Source: a virus (Duplodnaviria > Caudoviricetes). From it: a DNA stretch of 57,479 bases. This document shows positions 43,713 through 53,542 of the stretch, piece by piece; position 1 is the first letter of the stretch; each line of letters begins with the position of its first letter. The notes below the pieces were generated by a model. That model saw nothing but the letters and a program-made list of their open reading frames with translations. It ran no database searches and was not told the DNA's origin. The stretch covers positions 1 to 57,479 of IMG/VR virus record IMGVR_UViG_3300036790_000341; one strand, written 5' to 3'. The position numbers were made by a program, and so were the translations under genes.

Positions 43713-44759
43713 TCAGAGGTTGATGTTGCCGGAGTTGTCCTCGTGGACCGAGAACGCCGCCTCGTGGCCGACGGCGAACGCGCGTCGGGCGCGGAGCTTG
43801 AGGATCGACTCGTCGGTCAGTGCCGCCAGGCCGTTGCGGCCGTCGATGAACACCGACTCCGGGCCGGACCGGCGACCGACGATCATGTAGTTGCGGTTGG
43901 CCCACGTGAGGAGCGGGTTGCCGGTCGGGGTGGGCGTCGCGGTGGCGGAGCCCATGTTGCCGAGCGACCAGTGGATCGGGATCCCGAAGATGGTGTCCGG
44001 GGACGCGGCCATACCGCCGCCGGGGAAGCCCGCGGTGGATTCCTGGAAGATCGGCCGGTTGTTGGTGTCCTTGATGTTGCGGAGCAGGTTGCGGTACGCC
44101 GGGTGGGCGATGCACACCATCTCGGAGATGTCGAAGTAGTTGCCGCGCTCGACGTTGCCCAGGGACTGGGACAGCGACGCGTACGTGGTGCCCGCGGACC
44201 CGGTCTGGGTGAGGTTCGCGTTGCCGGTGTAGCCGGTGTTGGAGTCGGACTGGGTCAGCGCGTAGTACACCGAGGTGAACGGGACGCCGACGCCGGGGGC
44301 GGCCGACACGGCCAGGCACGCGTTGTCGAAGATCTTCCCGTAGGAGGTCGCCCAGTCCTTCTGCTTCGTGGCGATGACGTCGGCGATCGCGTCGTCGATG
44401 TCCTCTTCCGCGATGCGGACGGCCTGGCCGAACTTCTGCGCGGTGAGGATCACGGAGTCGTTGACCGACTGGTCCTCGTTGTAGGTGCCGCCCTTGGCGA
44501 CGAGGCTGACGCCCACGCCGGCCGAACGCGGGACGCTGCGGGTGTCGGAGTTCATCGGGACCGGGGATCCGAGCGCCTCGACGCCGGAGATCTGGTTCAC
44601 CCGCATGATGACCTGCGAGTCGAACTCCTCGGGGATCCACGCGTCCATCACGTCGCGGGCGCCGCCCGCGATGGCGTAGATCGGCTTGCCGAATGCTGTG
44701 TGGCCGAGCAGCGTCTTGGGGGCGATGCCCGGTCCCGACAGCAGGTTTGCGCGGAGCAT
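43713..44759 (-). CDS. Major capsid protein (HK97 fold)
   Basis: AGGAGG RBS; WIPEE, LTAQKF, IKDTNNRPIF, TIFGIPI, LKLRARRAFAV. Confidence 0.92.
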   Translation of the reverse strand: MLRANLLSGPGIAPKTLLGHTAFGKPIYAIAGGARDVMDAWIPEEFDSQVIMRVNQISGVEALGSPVPMNSDTRSVPRSAGVGVSLVAKGGTYNEDQSVNDSVILTAQKFGQAVRIAEEDIDDAIADVIATKQKDWATSYGKIFDNACLAVSAAPGVGVPFTSVYYALTQSDSNTGYTGNANLTQTGSAGTTYASLSQSLGNVERGNYFDISEMVCIAHPAYRNLLRNIKDTNNRPIFQESTAGFPGGGMAASPDTIFGIPIHWSLGNMGSATATPTPTGNPLLTWANRNYMIVGRRSGPESVFIDGRNGLAALTDESILKLRARRAFAVGHEAAFSVHEDNSGNINL

Positions 44760-44895
44760 GCCGCGGCCTCCTGGGGATGTGGGGTGGGGTGGACTGCATC
44801 GACCGATCCAGGTCTTACCCACCCGCATCCGCAGGCTGAGGCCTATGTTACCGCTTTTGTGCTGTTGTCAACCAGCGTGGGGCATATCAGTGTTT

Positions 44896-45753
44896 CTATC
44901 GGCCGGACAGGACCTGTGCGGCGATCTGCTCGGCGGAGGAGCGGGGGCGCTCTTCGGCTTCCGCGCGGGCGGAGCCGTTGACGCGCGGCGGGGGGGTGCG
45001 CTTCTTGGACTTCTCGGGCTCCGGGGCCTTGAACAGCTGCGGCAGCTCGGCCTTGAGGGTCTCGATCTGCTCGTCCAGGCCGGCCGTGATCTCGCCTTCC
45101 TCGTCGATCTCGATCTCGTCCAGGTCGAGCAGTCGCACGAGGCGTCCCATGTTGGTGGCCTGGACGCCGGAGCCGGACAGGGCGGCGCGGGCGGCCTGGT
45201 TGACGGCCATGGAGCGGAACCTGGCGGACGCGGCCTGCTCGCCGTCGCGCTTCGCGGTTTCGGTCAGCTGCTTGACCTGCGCCTTGGTGAGGAGCCCTTC
45301 GGGGATCTTGGGTGCGTCGGGCGGGACGGCGGTGGTGGTGGTGCGCACGCCGGCCGGGGTGCCCTTGCGCTTCTTGCCGATCTCCTCGACGACGGTGGTC
45401 GCGGTGCCGCCGCCCTGCTTCTCCAGCAGTTCCCGGCGCTCTTCGGCCGCCTCGTATTCGGCGAGCCTCGCTTGGAGGTCGGCGGTTTCCTTGTCCTTGG
45501 CGGCCAGGGCCTCGCGGCGCTGCTTGGCCGAGCCGTTCGACTTGGACAGGGCGGCCTGGACCTTGAGCCATTCGGTTTTGGACGGGGCCTGCCAGGCGTC
45601 GCCGGTGCCTTCGCCTTCGGTGCCGCCTTCGCCTTCGTCGGAGGGTTCGATCTCGATGTCGCCGGAGCCGCCGGCGATCTGGTGGATCGGGTGTCCGTCG
45701 CTGCGGTAGCCGAGGATGGTGGGGGGGGCGGGCATCAGGCGGGTGATCTTCAC
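44896..45753 (-). CDS. Capsid scaffolding protein
   Basis: Acidic N-terminus, coiled coil, LK.ELPQLF; directly upstream of capsid. Confidence 0.85.
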   Translation of the reverse strand: MKITRLMPAPPTILGYRSDGHPIHQIAGGSGDIEIEPSDEGEGGTEGEGTGDAWQAPSKTEWLKVQAALSKSNGSAKQRREALAAKDKETADLQARLAEYEAAEERRELLEKQGGGTATTVVEEIGKKRKGTPAGVRTTTTAVPPDAPKIPEGLLTKAQVKQLTETAKRDGEQAASARFRSMAVNQAARAALSGSGVQATNMGRLVRLLDLDEIEIDEEGEITAGLDEQIETLKAELPQLFKAPEPEKSKKRTPPPRVNGSARAEAEERPRSSAEQIAAQVLSGR

Positions 45754-45815
45754 GTTGGCTCCCAGCCGGGATAGCGACCTATGCGCATCTGCGCATTAAC
45801 GCAACTTTACAGCGG

Positions 45816-46943
45816 TCACCGGCGCGCGGCACGCCGGCGAGACGGATGGATACGGTTGTCGAAGCTGCCCTTCGCCACAGCCCGGTGGCCGCGCTCCTCC
45901 ACCGACTTCGGCAGCCCGGCCCCGCGCTGAAGCAGCCGGGCCGCCGCATCCAGGCGCACCGTGCTCGACTCGCTGGGTAGCGACCAGCCGTAGACGACCG
46001 ACCGCTTCGCCTCCCTGCGCAGCGCCGCGGGCAGGTCGACGTTCGCACCGACACCAGGACGGTTGTACAGCGCGTTCTCCTCCGGACCCCCCACAGGCAC
46101 GTGCGGACCGAACCACAACTCCGGATGACACCGGCAATTCGGGTGAGCCGGGGGACCCATCAACGGCTGTCCAGGTGGCCAGACGTCGGGTGCCGACCCG
46201 GGTCTGCCGAACGTCGCCTCCTCGTCGAATCCCTCACCAGACATCGGATCGATCAGATGCCCTGATAGCGCTAAACAACGGACGCACGCGTCCGGTTCTG
46301 CGATCCAAAGCAGCGACGCGCCCTTGTTGACGGCGACCTGCCGGATCGCGTCCGAGCTCGCCTTGTTCACCGCCCACGTAGACGAACGCTCCAGACTCGT
46401 CGCGGCCTGGTTCGCGTGGCCCATCGCCTTGACGAGGTCGTCCCAGCCGGTGATCGGGAGCTGCTCGGCGAACGTCGTGGTGTCGGCCACGGACTGGGCC
46501 ATCGCGGTCGGGACGGCTTCGATCGCCTGCGTCAGCACGGTGGGCAGCTCGATCGTGTCCGCGGCCACGGGGTCGGGCAGGTGCCGGTTGGCGTATTCGA
46601 GGCCGCGCACCGCGGCCCGGGCGGCGAACTCCTCAAGTTGCGGCGTCGGGTCGTAGGTCGCGACCGCCTGCAGTTCGGTGACGAGGATCTGCACGAGCTG
46701 CTGCGCTTGAACCGGATCGGCGGGACGCTCTAGTCCGCCGAACATCAGGACGTACCGGCCGGCGAGCGTGCGGAAGATGTTGGACAGCAGCTGCCGCAGC
46801 GGTCCGGAGACGGCGGTGATGGCCTGCTTCTCCAGCAGGAGCAGCGCGGCCACGGCCGCCGCGTTCTCGACCGTGACCGCGCTGACCGCGGCCTGTTCCG
46901 CGCTGCTGTTGCCGGCGGTGTTGACCTGCGGCTGCTCGCTCAT
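45816..46943 (-). CDS. MuF-like minor head protein
   Basis: LWIAEPDACVRC..L.G, PPAHPNCRC. Confidence 0.8.
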   Translation of the reverse strand: MSEQPQVNTAGNSSAEQAAVSAVTVENAAAVAALLLLEKQAITAVSGPLRQLLSNIFRTLAGRYVLMFGGLERPADPVQAQQLVQILVTELQAVATYDPTPQLEEFAARAAVRGLEYANRHLPDPVAADTIELPTVLTQAIEAVPTAMAQSVADTTTFAEQLPITGWDDLVKAMGHANQAATSLERSSTWAVNKASSDAIRQVAVNKGASLLWIAEPDACVRCLALSGHLIDPMSGEGFDEEATFGRPGSAPDVWPPGQPLMGPPAHPNCRCHPELWFGPHVPVGGPEENALYNRPGVGANVDLPAALRREAKRSVVYGWSLPSESSTVRLDAAARLLQRGAGLPKSVEERGHRAVAKGSFDNRIHPSRRRAARR

Positions 46944-46958
46944 CGCGCTCCTGCCGGG

Positions 46959-47183
46959 CTACTTGCCCTTCTTGGGCGCCGCCGTCTTCTTGACCTTCGC
47001 TACCGGGTGCTTGTCGACGGTGCCGTTGTCGTGCTTGACGGTGACCGTGCCGGCGGCGACCTTCGTCACGGTTCCCTTGTTGCCCTTCGGGTCGACCACG
47101 CGGGTGCCGGTGCCGATACCGCCCGCGGCCTTGGCCTTCTTGATGTTCGCCAGGAACGCGGGGGGCAGGCTCTTCTTCGCCAT
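46959..47183 (-). CDS. Small basic Lys-rich protein (KOW/SH3-like core)
   Basis: GAGGA RBS; G.RVVDPKG.KGTV.KV....VTVKHD.G. Confidence 0.7.
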   Translation of the reverse strand: MAKKSLPPAFLANIKKAKAAGGIGTGTRVVDPKGNKGTVTKVAAGTVTVKHDNGTVDKHPVAKVKKTAAPKKGK

Positions 47184-47196
47184 GGGTCGATTCCTC

Positions 47197-47475
47197 TCAG
47201 TACATCTTCGACGGTGCGGGGGTGCCCTTCGGCGGGTCGACGGTGCGCTGCCCCGGCGCGACGACGTGCCCGGCCGGCGACGGCCCGGCCATGTCGGACG
47301 TCGCCTTGGGCCGGCCGAGCGTGGCGCCCATGCCCGCATCGGCGCCCTTGGCGGTCGAGCTCGTGATGTCGGGGTGCCGGGCGCCCGGCGCGAGGACGGG
47401 ACCGCCCTGGCCGGCGCCGTGCAGGAGGTCGGCGTCGCTGGGGGCGGACTTCGAGTATCCGTCGGCGGCCATCAT
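47197..47475 (-). CDS. Hypothetical protein
   Basis: ATGA overlap with portal stop. Confidence 0.6.
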   Translation of the reverse strand: MMAADGYSKSAPSDADLLHGAGQGGPVLAPGARHPDITSSTAKGADAGMGATLGRPKATSDMAGPSPAGHVVAPGQRTVDPPKGTPAPSKMY

Positions 47476-49109
47476 GCTGTCCCTTGGTCGAAGGTGGTGG
47501 AGCGTTCTTCGGGCAGTGCCAGAATATCCGTGATGATCTTGTTGACCTGTTGCGGGTCGAGCGCGCCCAGATTCGCCGCGGTACCGAGGGCCTGTGCGGC
47601 GGTCGCGACCTGCGTGAGGATCTTCACGCGCTGCTCGAGGTCGTCGCCCTGGTACGGCAGCCACGCGTCGACCTGGTCGTCCTCGTACCCGGCCTCGAGC
47701 AGCGTCTGCCTGGGCGGTACGCCGAGGTTCTGCTTCAGGCCCATCATCTGCCAGCCGGCCAGGTCGTCGATCGTCGCGCCGGGGGTCCATCGGATGATGG
47801 TGTTCGGCTGGACGATGCGGCCGGCCTGGGCGTCGTCGTCCCAGGTCGCGACTTTCAGCGCGAACGCCATGACGTCCGTCCAGCCGCGGCCGTAGGTGAT
47901 CTGGCGGCGGCGGACGCGCTTGAGGAGCGGGACCTCGGCGGCGCGGATCGACTCGCCGGACGGGGGAAGCCGCGTGTAGGTCTGCGGGTCGAAGTAGTGC
48001 AGCGGTGTGGAGGTGACCTGCGCCATCATGCGGATGTACACCTCGAGCGGCGCGAGGAACACGGCCGGGTCGGGCGGGTTGAACTGGCCGGCCTGCCGGA
48101 CGCCGTTGAGCCACCACACCTCGCCGGGGCCTGCGCGCAGCGTGGAGTCGTGGCCGGTGTCCTCGAACCGGTTGATGTCGTCTTCGGTGTCGAAGTCGGC
48201 GAGCTCGTCGGAGCCGTGCTGCGTGTCCGAGAGGAGGTACCGCTGGGGGAAGCCGTAGTAGTCGATCGTCGCGGCGTGCGTGATGATCAGCTTGTTGACG
48301 GCGTCCTGGGGGCCGTAGGCGGCGCGGTGCTCCGGGTCGCCGTAGGGGATGCCGGTGCGGAAGTGGAACACCGGGATCTCGCCGAACGGGTTCGCGACCG
48401 GCCAGCCCTCGTCGCCCTCGTCCTGGAACTGGATCCAGTCCCGGCGGTTGTTGCCCTTGGAGTTGGGGGTGGTGACGTACTTCTCGATGCGGTCCTGGTA
48501 GTACAGGTTGACGCGGGTGGGGGGCTTGGCCTTGATGCCGAGCTGCGCGGGCATCGTCCACTTCTTGACCGCGAACTTCTTGTACAGCGGGTTCTCGGTG
48601 TCGTAGACGATGCGGGTGGTCTTGGGGCTGTTGTAGAAGATGTCGACCTGTTGGAAGTCGAGCTGCTGCTCGTCGGCGAGGTCTTCGGGCTGCATGTACG
48701 GGTTGTCTTCGACGGTTTCGGAGCTCGGCCAGACGATCATGTAGGCGTCGCCGAACTCGCCCGCGCGCCGGTGGATGTTGGTGGACTCGAGGTCCATCAT
48801 GTTGCGTTCCCAGATCTTCTGCAGGATCTGGTCTGCCTCTTCGTCGTCGGCGACTTGGACGGCGTTGATCTCGAGGCGGTCGGCCATGACGTCGACGGGG
48901 GTCTTGGCGAGGTTGAACCGGAAGGTGATGCCGGTGCGCTCGAGGGCGCGGCGCAGGCGGATGGAGGCGAAGAACTCAGGGTTCGTCGCTTCGTAGTACA
49001 TTTCGGCGCGGTGGTAGTCCGGGAGCGAGTTGGCGAGGGCCTGGAGGCCTTCCATCAGGTCCGGGTTGCCGGCGAGGGTCGGTTGTAGGGCGCTGTTGTC
49101 GCCGGCCAC
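47472..49109 (-). CDS. Portal protein (SPP1 gp6-like)
   Basis: FNLAKTPVD..ADRL, IWERN.MD, FGDAY..VWP, NPFGEIPVFHF, YYGFPQR, PSGESIRAAE; GAGGTG RBS. Confidence 0.92.
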   Translation of the reverse strand: MAGDNSALQPTLAGNPDLMEGLQALANSLPDYHRAEMYYEATNPEFFASIRLRRALERTGITFRFNLAKTPVDVMADRLEINAVQVADDEEADQILQKIWERNMMDLESTNIHRRAGEFGDAYMIVWPSSETVEDNPYMQPEDLADEQQLDFQQVDIFYNSPKTTRIVYDTENPLYKKFAVKKWTMPAQLGIKAKPPTRVNLYYQDRIEKYVTTPNSKGNNRRDWIQFQDEGDEGWPVANPFGEIPVFHFRTGIPYGDPEHRAAYGPQDAVNKLIITHAATIDYYGFPQRYLLSDTQHGSDELADFDTEDDINRFEDTGHDSTLRAGPGEVWWLNGVRQAGQFNPPDPAVFLAPLEVYIRMMAQVTSTPLHYFDPQTYTRLPPSGESIRAAEVPLLKRVRRRQITYGRGWTDVMAFALKVATWDDDAQAGRIVQPNTIIRWTPGATIDDLAGWQMMGLKQNLGVPPRQTLLEAGYEDDQVDAWLPYQGDDLEQRVKILTQVATAAQALGTAANLGALDPQQVNKIITDILALPEERSTTFDQGTA

Positions 49110-49198
49110 CCGGACACCTCTTTCGTCTGCGCATATTCGTACATGGCCAATTGAACCACCTGGGGAGGCCTGTGGCCACGGGCGACCCGACACGCCTA

Positions 49199-49228
49199 CT
49201 TGACAGGGGGGCAAGATGGGTGTGTGAT
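49199..49228 (+). promoter_or_regulatory. Operator/-35 motif copy CTTGACAGGGGGGCAAG
   Basis: Same motif as 7-23; TGTGAT 17 nt after TTGACA. Confidence 0.7.
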
Positions 49229-49293
49229 GGTCCACGGAAACACCAGCCGGAACCGATCCGGCCCGGGCCACACCGACAACCCTGGAGACGACC

Positions 49294-49968
49294 GTGAACA
49301 ACCCCGACCCGAACCTGCCTCCGACCGGCTACAGCCACACCCCGGCCTGGGACCACGCCCAGAACAGCGTCTGGAACCAGGCGACCCCCACCGGACAGCC
49401 GCCCTGGGCGCGGCCCCCGCAGCCCGGCTACCCCGCGCAGCCCCAGTACGCCCCGTACCAGCCGCCGCGGCCGCCGAAGAAGCACACCGCGCGCAACATC
49501 GTCCTCGGCGTCCTCGGCACCCTCCTCGTGATCATCGTGGCGTCCGCCGTGGCGGCCGGCGGCAAGACCCCCAGCACCGGCACCACGGCCAGCAGCCCCG
49601 GCACGAGCGCGCCGTCGAGCGCGCACGCCGCACCGGCGCCTGCCCCGGCGACCAAGGCCCCCATGCCCTCCCAGGTGACCTTCGCGTGCACCGGCAGCGC
49701 ACCCGACGGAATCAACATCACCTACGGCCCCGAAGGCACCAACGACTCCGCGGGCAGCCTGCCGTTCACGAAGACCGTGCCGCTCGACTCCGGCGCTCCC
49801 TACTACAACGTGACCGCCCAGCTGTCCGGTTCGGGCCACGTGTCGTGCACGACAGTCGTGGAATGGGACGGCCAGTCAGTGACCCAGTCGGGCTCGGCCA
49901 GCGGCGGCTACAACATCGCGTCCGCCGAAATGTGCTCCGCCTTCACCGGCGGCTGGGAGAAGTGCTGA
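49294..49968 (+). CDS. Membrane-anchored protein with MmpS-like domain
   Basis: Pro-rich N-terminus, one TM, VTF..TG.....ITY...LPFTKTV....VTAQ..G...SC. Confidence 0.7.
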   Translation: MNNPDPNLPPTGYSHTPAWDHAQNSVWNQATPTGQPPWARPPQPGYPAQPQYAPYQPPRPPKKHTARNIVLGVLGTLLVIIVASAVAAGGKTPSTGTTASSPGTSAPSSAHAAPAPAPATKAPMPSQVTFACTGSAPDGINITYGPEGTNDSAGSLPFTKTVPLDSGAPYYNVTAQLSGSGHVSCTTVVEWDGQSVTQSGSASGGYNIASAEMCSAFTGGWEKC

Positions 49969-50027
49969 CCGCCGAACCGCGTCCGGAACCGACCACCGCC
50001 AGCTAGCCGCAAATCAGGGGGAGAACC

Positions 50028-51701
50028 GTGTATCCGTCCCATGGCGCCGACAGCCTTGCCGACACCATCACCCTTCCAGCCGTCCCATTCCACGGGAGCG
50101 CCATCGAGACCGTGAGCCCCTCGCGCGTGGCAGTCGCAGCCCCCACGCGCCGCCGTGACCGGCGCGACACCAACCCGCTGCCCGCGTGCCCCACGGACGC
50201 CGAGACGCACCTGTACAGTCGGCGTCGCTACTATCCCGTCGCGGCCTTTTCCGCGATCTCCTTCGCGCTCCTGGCCGCATCGCAGAGCCGCTTCATCCTC
50301 ACCGCCGATTGGGCCTGGGCGCTCGCCCCGTTCTTCACCTTCACCACGGCCTACTTCCTCCTGGCTGGCTGGGTCAACCTGGGCACCCGCGACTTCAACC
50401 GCGACGCCCACGACGAACTAGTCCACCAACACACACACACACCCGCGCCTTCCCTCGACGTGTTCCTGCCCGTCTGCCGCGAACCCGCGGCCGTGCTGCA
50501 CAACACCTGGACCGGCGTCTTCGAGCTCATGGAGGCCTACCGCGGCCGCTGCAACGTCTACGTCCTCGACGACGGCGCCGACCCAGAATGCGCCCGCATG
50601 GCCGGTGACTTCGGCTTCACCTACCTCGCGCGCCCCGAAAAGGGCTACGCCACCAACTACCGCGGCTGGTACAAGAAAGCCGGCAATCTGCGCCACGGCT
50701 TCGCCCACTCCGATGGCGAGTTCATCCTCGTGCTCGACGCCGACTTCAACCCCCGCGCCGACCTTCCCGACCACCTGCTGCCCTACCTTATCGACGACCC
50801 GCAGCTCGGGATCGTCCAATCCCCGCAGTTCTTCCGCACGCACCGGGGCCAAACCCGGATGGAGCGCGGTGCCAGCGCCGTCCAGGAGCTCTTCTACCGC
50901 ACCGTGCAGGTTTCCCGGGACCAGCGCGGCGGCGCCATCTGCGTCGGCTCCTGCGCGATCTACCGGCGCGAAGCTCTCGAAGCGAACGGCGGGGCGACCC
51001 TGATCGGCCACTCCGAGGACGTGCACACCGGCTTCGACCTACGCCGCCAGGGCTGGGGCCTGCGCTACCTGCCGGTGCCGCTGGCCACCGGCGTGTGCCC
51101 CGACAACCCCGACTCGTTCTTCGCCCAGCAGTACCGGTGGTGCATGGGTTCGATGGCCCTGCTGTGCCATCGCCGCTTCTGGAAGCACCGCATGCCGCTG
51201 CGCACCCGCGCCTGCTACGTCTCCGGGTTCTGCTACTACGTGCACACCGCCGTATCCACCCTCGTGACGCCCGTGATCCCTTTGGTGATGCTCCTGGCGA
51301 TCCCCGGGCACGTGCGCCTGGTGAACTACGCCTACATCGCTCCGTCGATGCTCTACAACCTCCTGATCTTCCCGCTCTGGCACCGCTGCCGCTTCGGGCC
51401 CTCGGCGTACATGGCGAAGCTGCTCTACGGCTGGGCCCACCTGTTCGCTCTCATCGACCTGCTGCGCAGGCGCCCGATGGGCTGGAAGCCCACCGGCGCC
51501 GCTGGCGCGGCCCGGCGCAACGGGCGCCTGTGGGCCGGCATGTGGGGCTGGTCGGTCTCCACCGGACTGGCGTGGACCGGGATCGCCGCATGGCGCACCA
51601 CCACCGAAGGCATGCGGTTCGCGCCCATCACGCTGCTCGGCGCCCTCACCCTCTGGATCACGCTGCTCGCCATCGCCTCCCGGAAGGGGGAAGCCCGATG
51701 A
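50028..51701 (+). CDS. Processive GT2 polysaccharide synthase (cellulose-synthase-like)
   Basis: DVFLP...EP, LDDG, KAGNL, LDADF, QSPQ.F, SED, QQYRW (QxxRW); several TM helices. Confidence 0.92.
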   Translation: MYPSHGADSLADTITLPAVPFHGSAIETVSPSRVAVAAPTRRRDRRDTNPLPACPTDAETHLYSRRRYYPVAAFSAISFALLAASQSRFILTADWAWALAPFFTFTTAYFLLAGWVNLGTRDFNRDAHDELVHQHTHTPAPSLDVFLPVCREPAAVLHNTWTGVFELMEAYRGRCNVYVLDDGADPECARMAGDFGFTYLARPEKGYATNYRGWYKKAGNLRHGFAHSDGEFILVLDADFNPRADLPDHLLPYLIDDPQLGIVQSPQFFRTHRGQTRMERGASAVQELFYRTVQVSRDQRGGAICVGSCAIYRREALEANGGATLIGHSEDVHTGFDLRRQGWGLRYLPVPLATGVCPDNPDSFFAQQYRWCMGSMALLCHRRFWKHRMPLRTRACYVSGFCYYVHTAVSTLVTPVIPLVMLLAIPGHVRLVNYAYIAPSMLYNLLIFPLWHRCRFGPSAYMAKLLYGWAHLFALIDLLRRRPMGWKPTGAAGAARRNGRLWAGMWGWSVSTGLAWTGIAAWRTTTEGMRFAPITLLGALTLWITLLAIASRKGEAR

Positions 51702-52684
51702 AACACCGCCGCACCGCGGGCGCCGTCATCCTGCTCACGCTGCTCGGCGCCACCGGCTGCCACGCGCGGCAGCCGACGCCGCATACTGTGCACCAGGCTG
51801 CTGCCAGCATCCTCGCTTCCGCCAGTCCCGCTGCCTCGGCGAGCATCCTGGCAGCAGCACCACCCGCCGCGTCTGTCCTGGCGCCGGACGGGAAGTACCT
51901 GGGCGTCGCCGAGCCCTCGGCCGCTGCCGTGAAGGCTTTCGGCACGGCCACCGGGACAGTCCCCGACATGGTCGAGCAGTACATCGGATGGGGCGCCAAC
52001 GTTCCGGCCCTACCTGGTAGCGAGCTGCCGCTGCTCTCGTGGATGTCCACCGGCGACCTCGCGGCAATCGCCGAGGGCGCTGACGACGCCTACATCACGC
52101 GCGTCGCCGGGCAGATCCGGGCGCACGGCGCTGCGGTGGCGCTGACCTTCGACCACGAGTTCAACGGCGACTGGTATCCCTACGGCACCCAGGCGGATAG
52201 TGCGGCTGAGTTCGTCGCCGCGTGGCGCCACGTGCACGACCTGTTCGCCTCGGCCGGGGCGGTGAACGTCGTCTGGGTGTGGACGCCCAACGTGGTCAAT
52301 CCGATGCCGGCCGTGCAGCTCGCCCCGTACTGGCCCGGAGCCGCGTACGTCGACTGGGCCGGGATCGTCGGGTACTGGACCGGGGAGCTCGGCGAGGATT
52401 CCTGGTCGACGCTCTACGGCCCCACCGAGCAGCAGATCGAGGCCGTCACACCCGACCCGATCCTGATCGTAGAGACCGGTGCGGCGCAGGGCCCGCAGAA
52501 GGCCGGTTGGGTCACTGCGATGCTCGCCGGGCTCGCCGCCGATTCGCGGGTGGTGGGGATGGTGTATTTCGACTACGGCACCGCGCAGGGCAAACGCGCC
52601 GACTGGACCCTGCAGGACGATCCTGCGGCGCTCGCCGCATACCGGGCCGGAGCCGCACAGCTCCAGCTCGCCCGTATCCCCTAG
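51698..52684 (+). CDS. GH26-like glycoside hydrolase, predicted lipoprotein
   Basis: Signal ending LGATGC; HEFNGDWYP, FVAAWRHV, WVWTPN, YWPG..YVDW.G, I.ETG. Confidence 0.85.
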   Translation: MKHRRTAGAVILLTLLGATGCHARQPTPHTVHQAAASILASASPAASASILAAAPPAASVLAPDGKYLGVAEPSAAAVKAFGTATGTVPDMVEQYIGWGANVPALPGSELPLLSWMSTGDLAAIAEGADDAYITRVAGQIRAHGAAVALTFDHEFNGDWYPYGTQADSAAEFVAAWRHVHDLFASAGAVNVVWVWTPNVVNPMPAVQLAPYWPGAAYVDWAGIVGYWTGELGEDSWSTLYGPTEQQIEAVTPDPILIVETGAAQGPQKAGWVTAMLAGLAADSRVVGMVYFDYGTAQGKRADWTLQDDPAALAAYRAGAAQLQLARIP

Positions 52685-52714
52685 CCGACCACCCACAGAA
52701 CGCAGGAGAGTGCC

Positions 52715-53374
52715 ATGGCACGCGACGAGGAAGCGGTCGGGCAGGATACGCAGCCGATGACGCTGGGCGCCTTCGACACGGGGGACTGGCGCGACGGCTG
52801 GCCGACCGAGGAGATCGCCCGGCCGCGCACCGGTGCGCGCCGAAGCGCGGGCTGGGGGCGTGTGGCGCCGTGGGTGCTGCTTACGGTGTTGGGTGGTGCT
52901 GCGCTCGGGGGCGGTGCGTGGTTCGCTCTGACCGCGAACGCCAACCTGGCTCCGGCCGGCACGGCGACTACCAGTGCTAGCCCGACGGGTCCGGCGCCGA
53001 CCCAGGGCGGAGTGATCGTCATCCCCGCTGCGCCGACGCACCCCGCGCCGCCGGCCAGCTCGGCCGCGACCCTGCGCGCGACCACGCCCGTAGCGCACCC
53101 GGCGCCGGTCCGGGCAGGTACGACTGCGGCATCGACCCGTGCGCACGCACCGACGGCGCCCAGTAGCACCCGGGACGCACCGTCGCGTTCCGCAACACCG
53201 CCGCCCACGGGCTCGACGACAACGCCGGCGCCCGCTAAGCCTTCCCCGGTGAGCACTGCGCCCGACCCTGCCAACACGGACTGCGTCGTGGTCACGTACA
53301 GCGACGGCTCGACCATCGACGTCTGCGCTCCGTCTACGTCACCGTCCGTCGATCCCCCTACCGTGGGCCCCTGA
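52715..53374 (+). CDS. Single-TM Pro/Thr/Ala-rich protein
   Basis: AGGAG RBS; TM then low-complexity stalk. Confidence 0.7.
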   Translation: MARDEEAVGQDTQPMTLGAFDTGDWRDGWPTEEIARPRTGARRSAGWGRVAPWVLLTVLGGAALGGGAWFALTANANLAPAGTATTSASPTGPAPTQGGVIVIPAAPTHPAPPASSAATLRATTPVAHPAPVRAGTTAASTRAHAPTAPSSTRDAPSRSATPPPTGSTTTPAPAKPSPVSTAPDPANTDCVVVTYSDGSTIDVCAPSTSPSVDPPTVGP

Positions 53375-53386
53375 GAGAGGTGTTTC

Positions 53387-53542
53387 ATGTGGAGACGCGC
53401 ACTGTCGGCTATGGCGCTGACCTGGACCGGTCTGGCCGTGCTGTGCGGCTTGGCGCTGCGGTCGTGGGGCGGCTGCGTCCTGTTCGCCGTGCTCGCCGTG
53501 GCCAGCGCGGCCGCCTCGCGCACTGGAGCTGGCGACGCCTGA
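53387..53542 (+). CDS. Small hydrophobic protein (51 aa, not in ORF track)
   Basis: GAGGTG RBS; MWRRALSAMALTWTGLAVLCGLALRSWGGCVLFAVLAVASAAASRTGAGDA. Confidence 0.5.
   Translation: MWRRALSAMALTWTGLAVLCGLALRSWGGCVLFAVLAVASAAASRTGAGDA

Noticed and set aside
44820-44832. 13-nt complementarity between the capsid leader (GCGGATGCGGGTG) and the ro60 leader (8428-8440)
   Set aside because: Matches of this length are expected by chance in a 57-kb GC-rich sequence
44845-44871. TTGACA...TAACAT promoter before capsid
   Set aside because: 15-nt spacer is atypically short; not called
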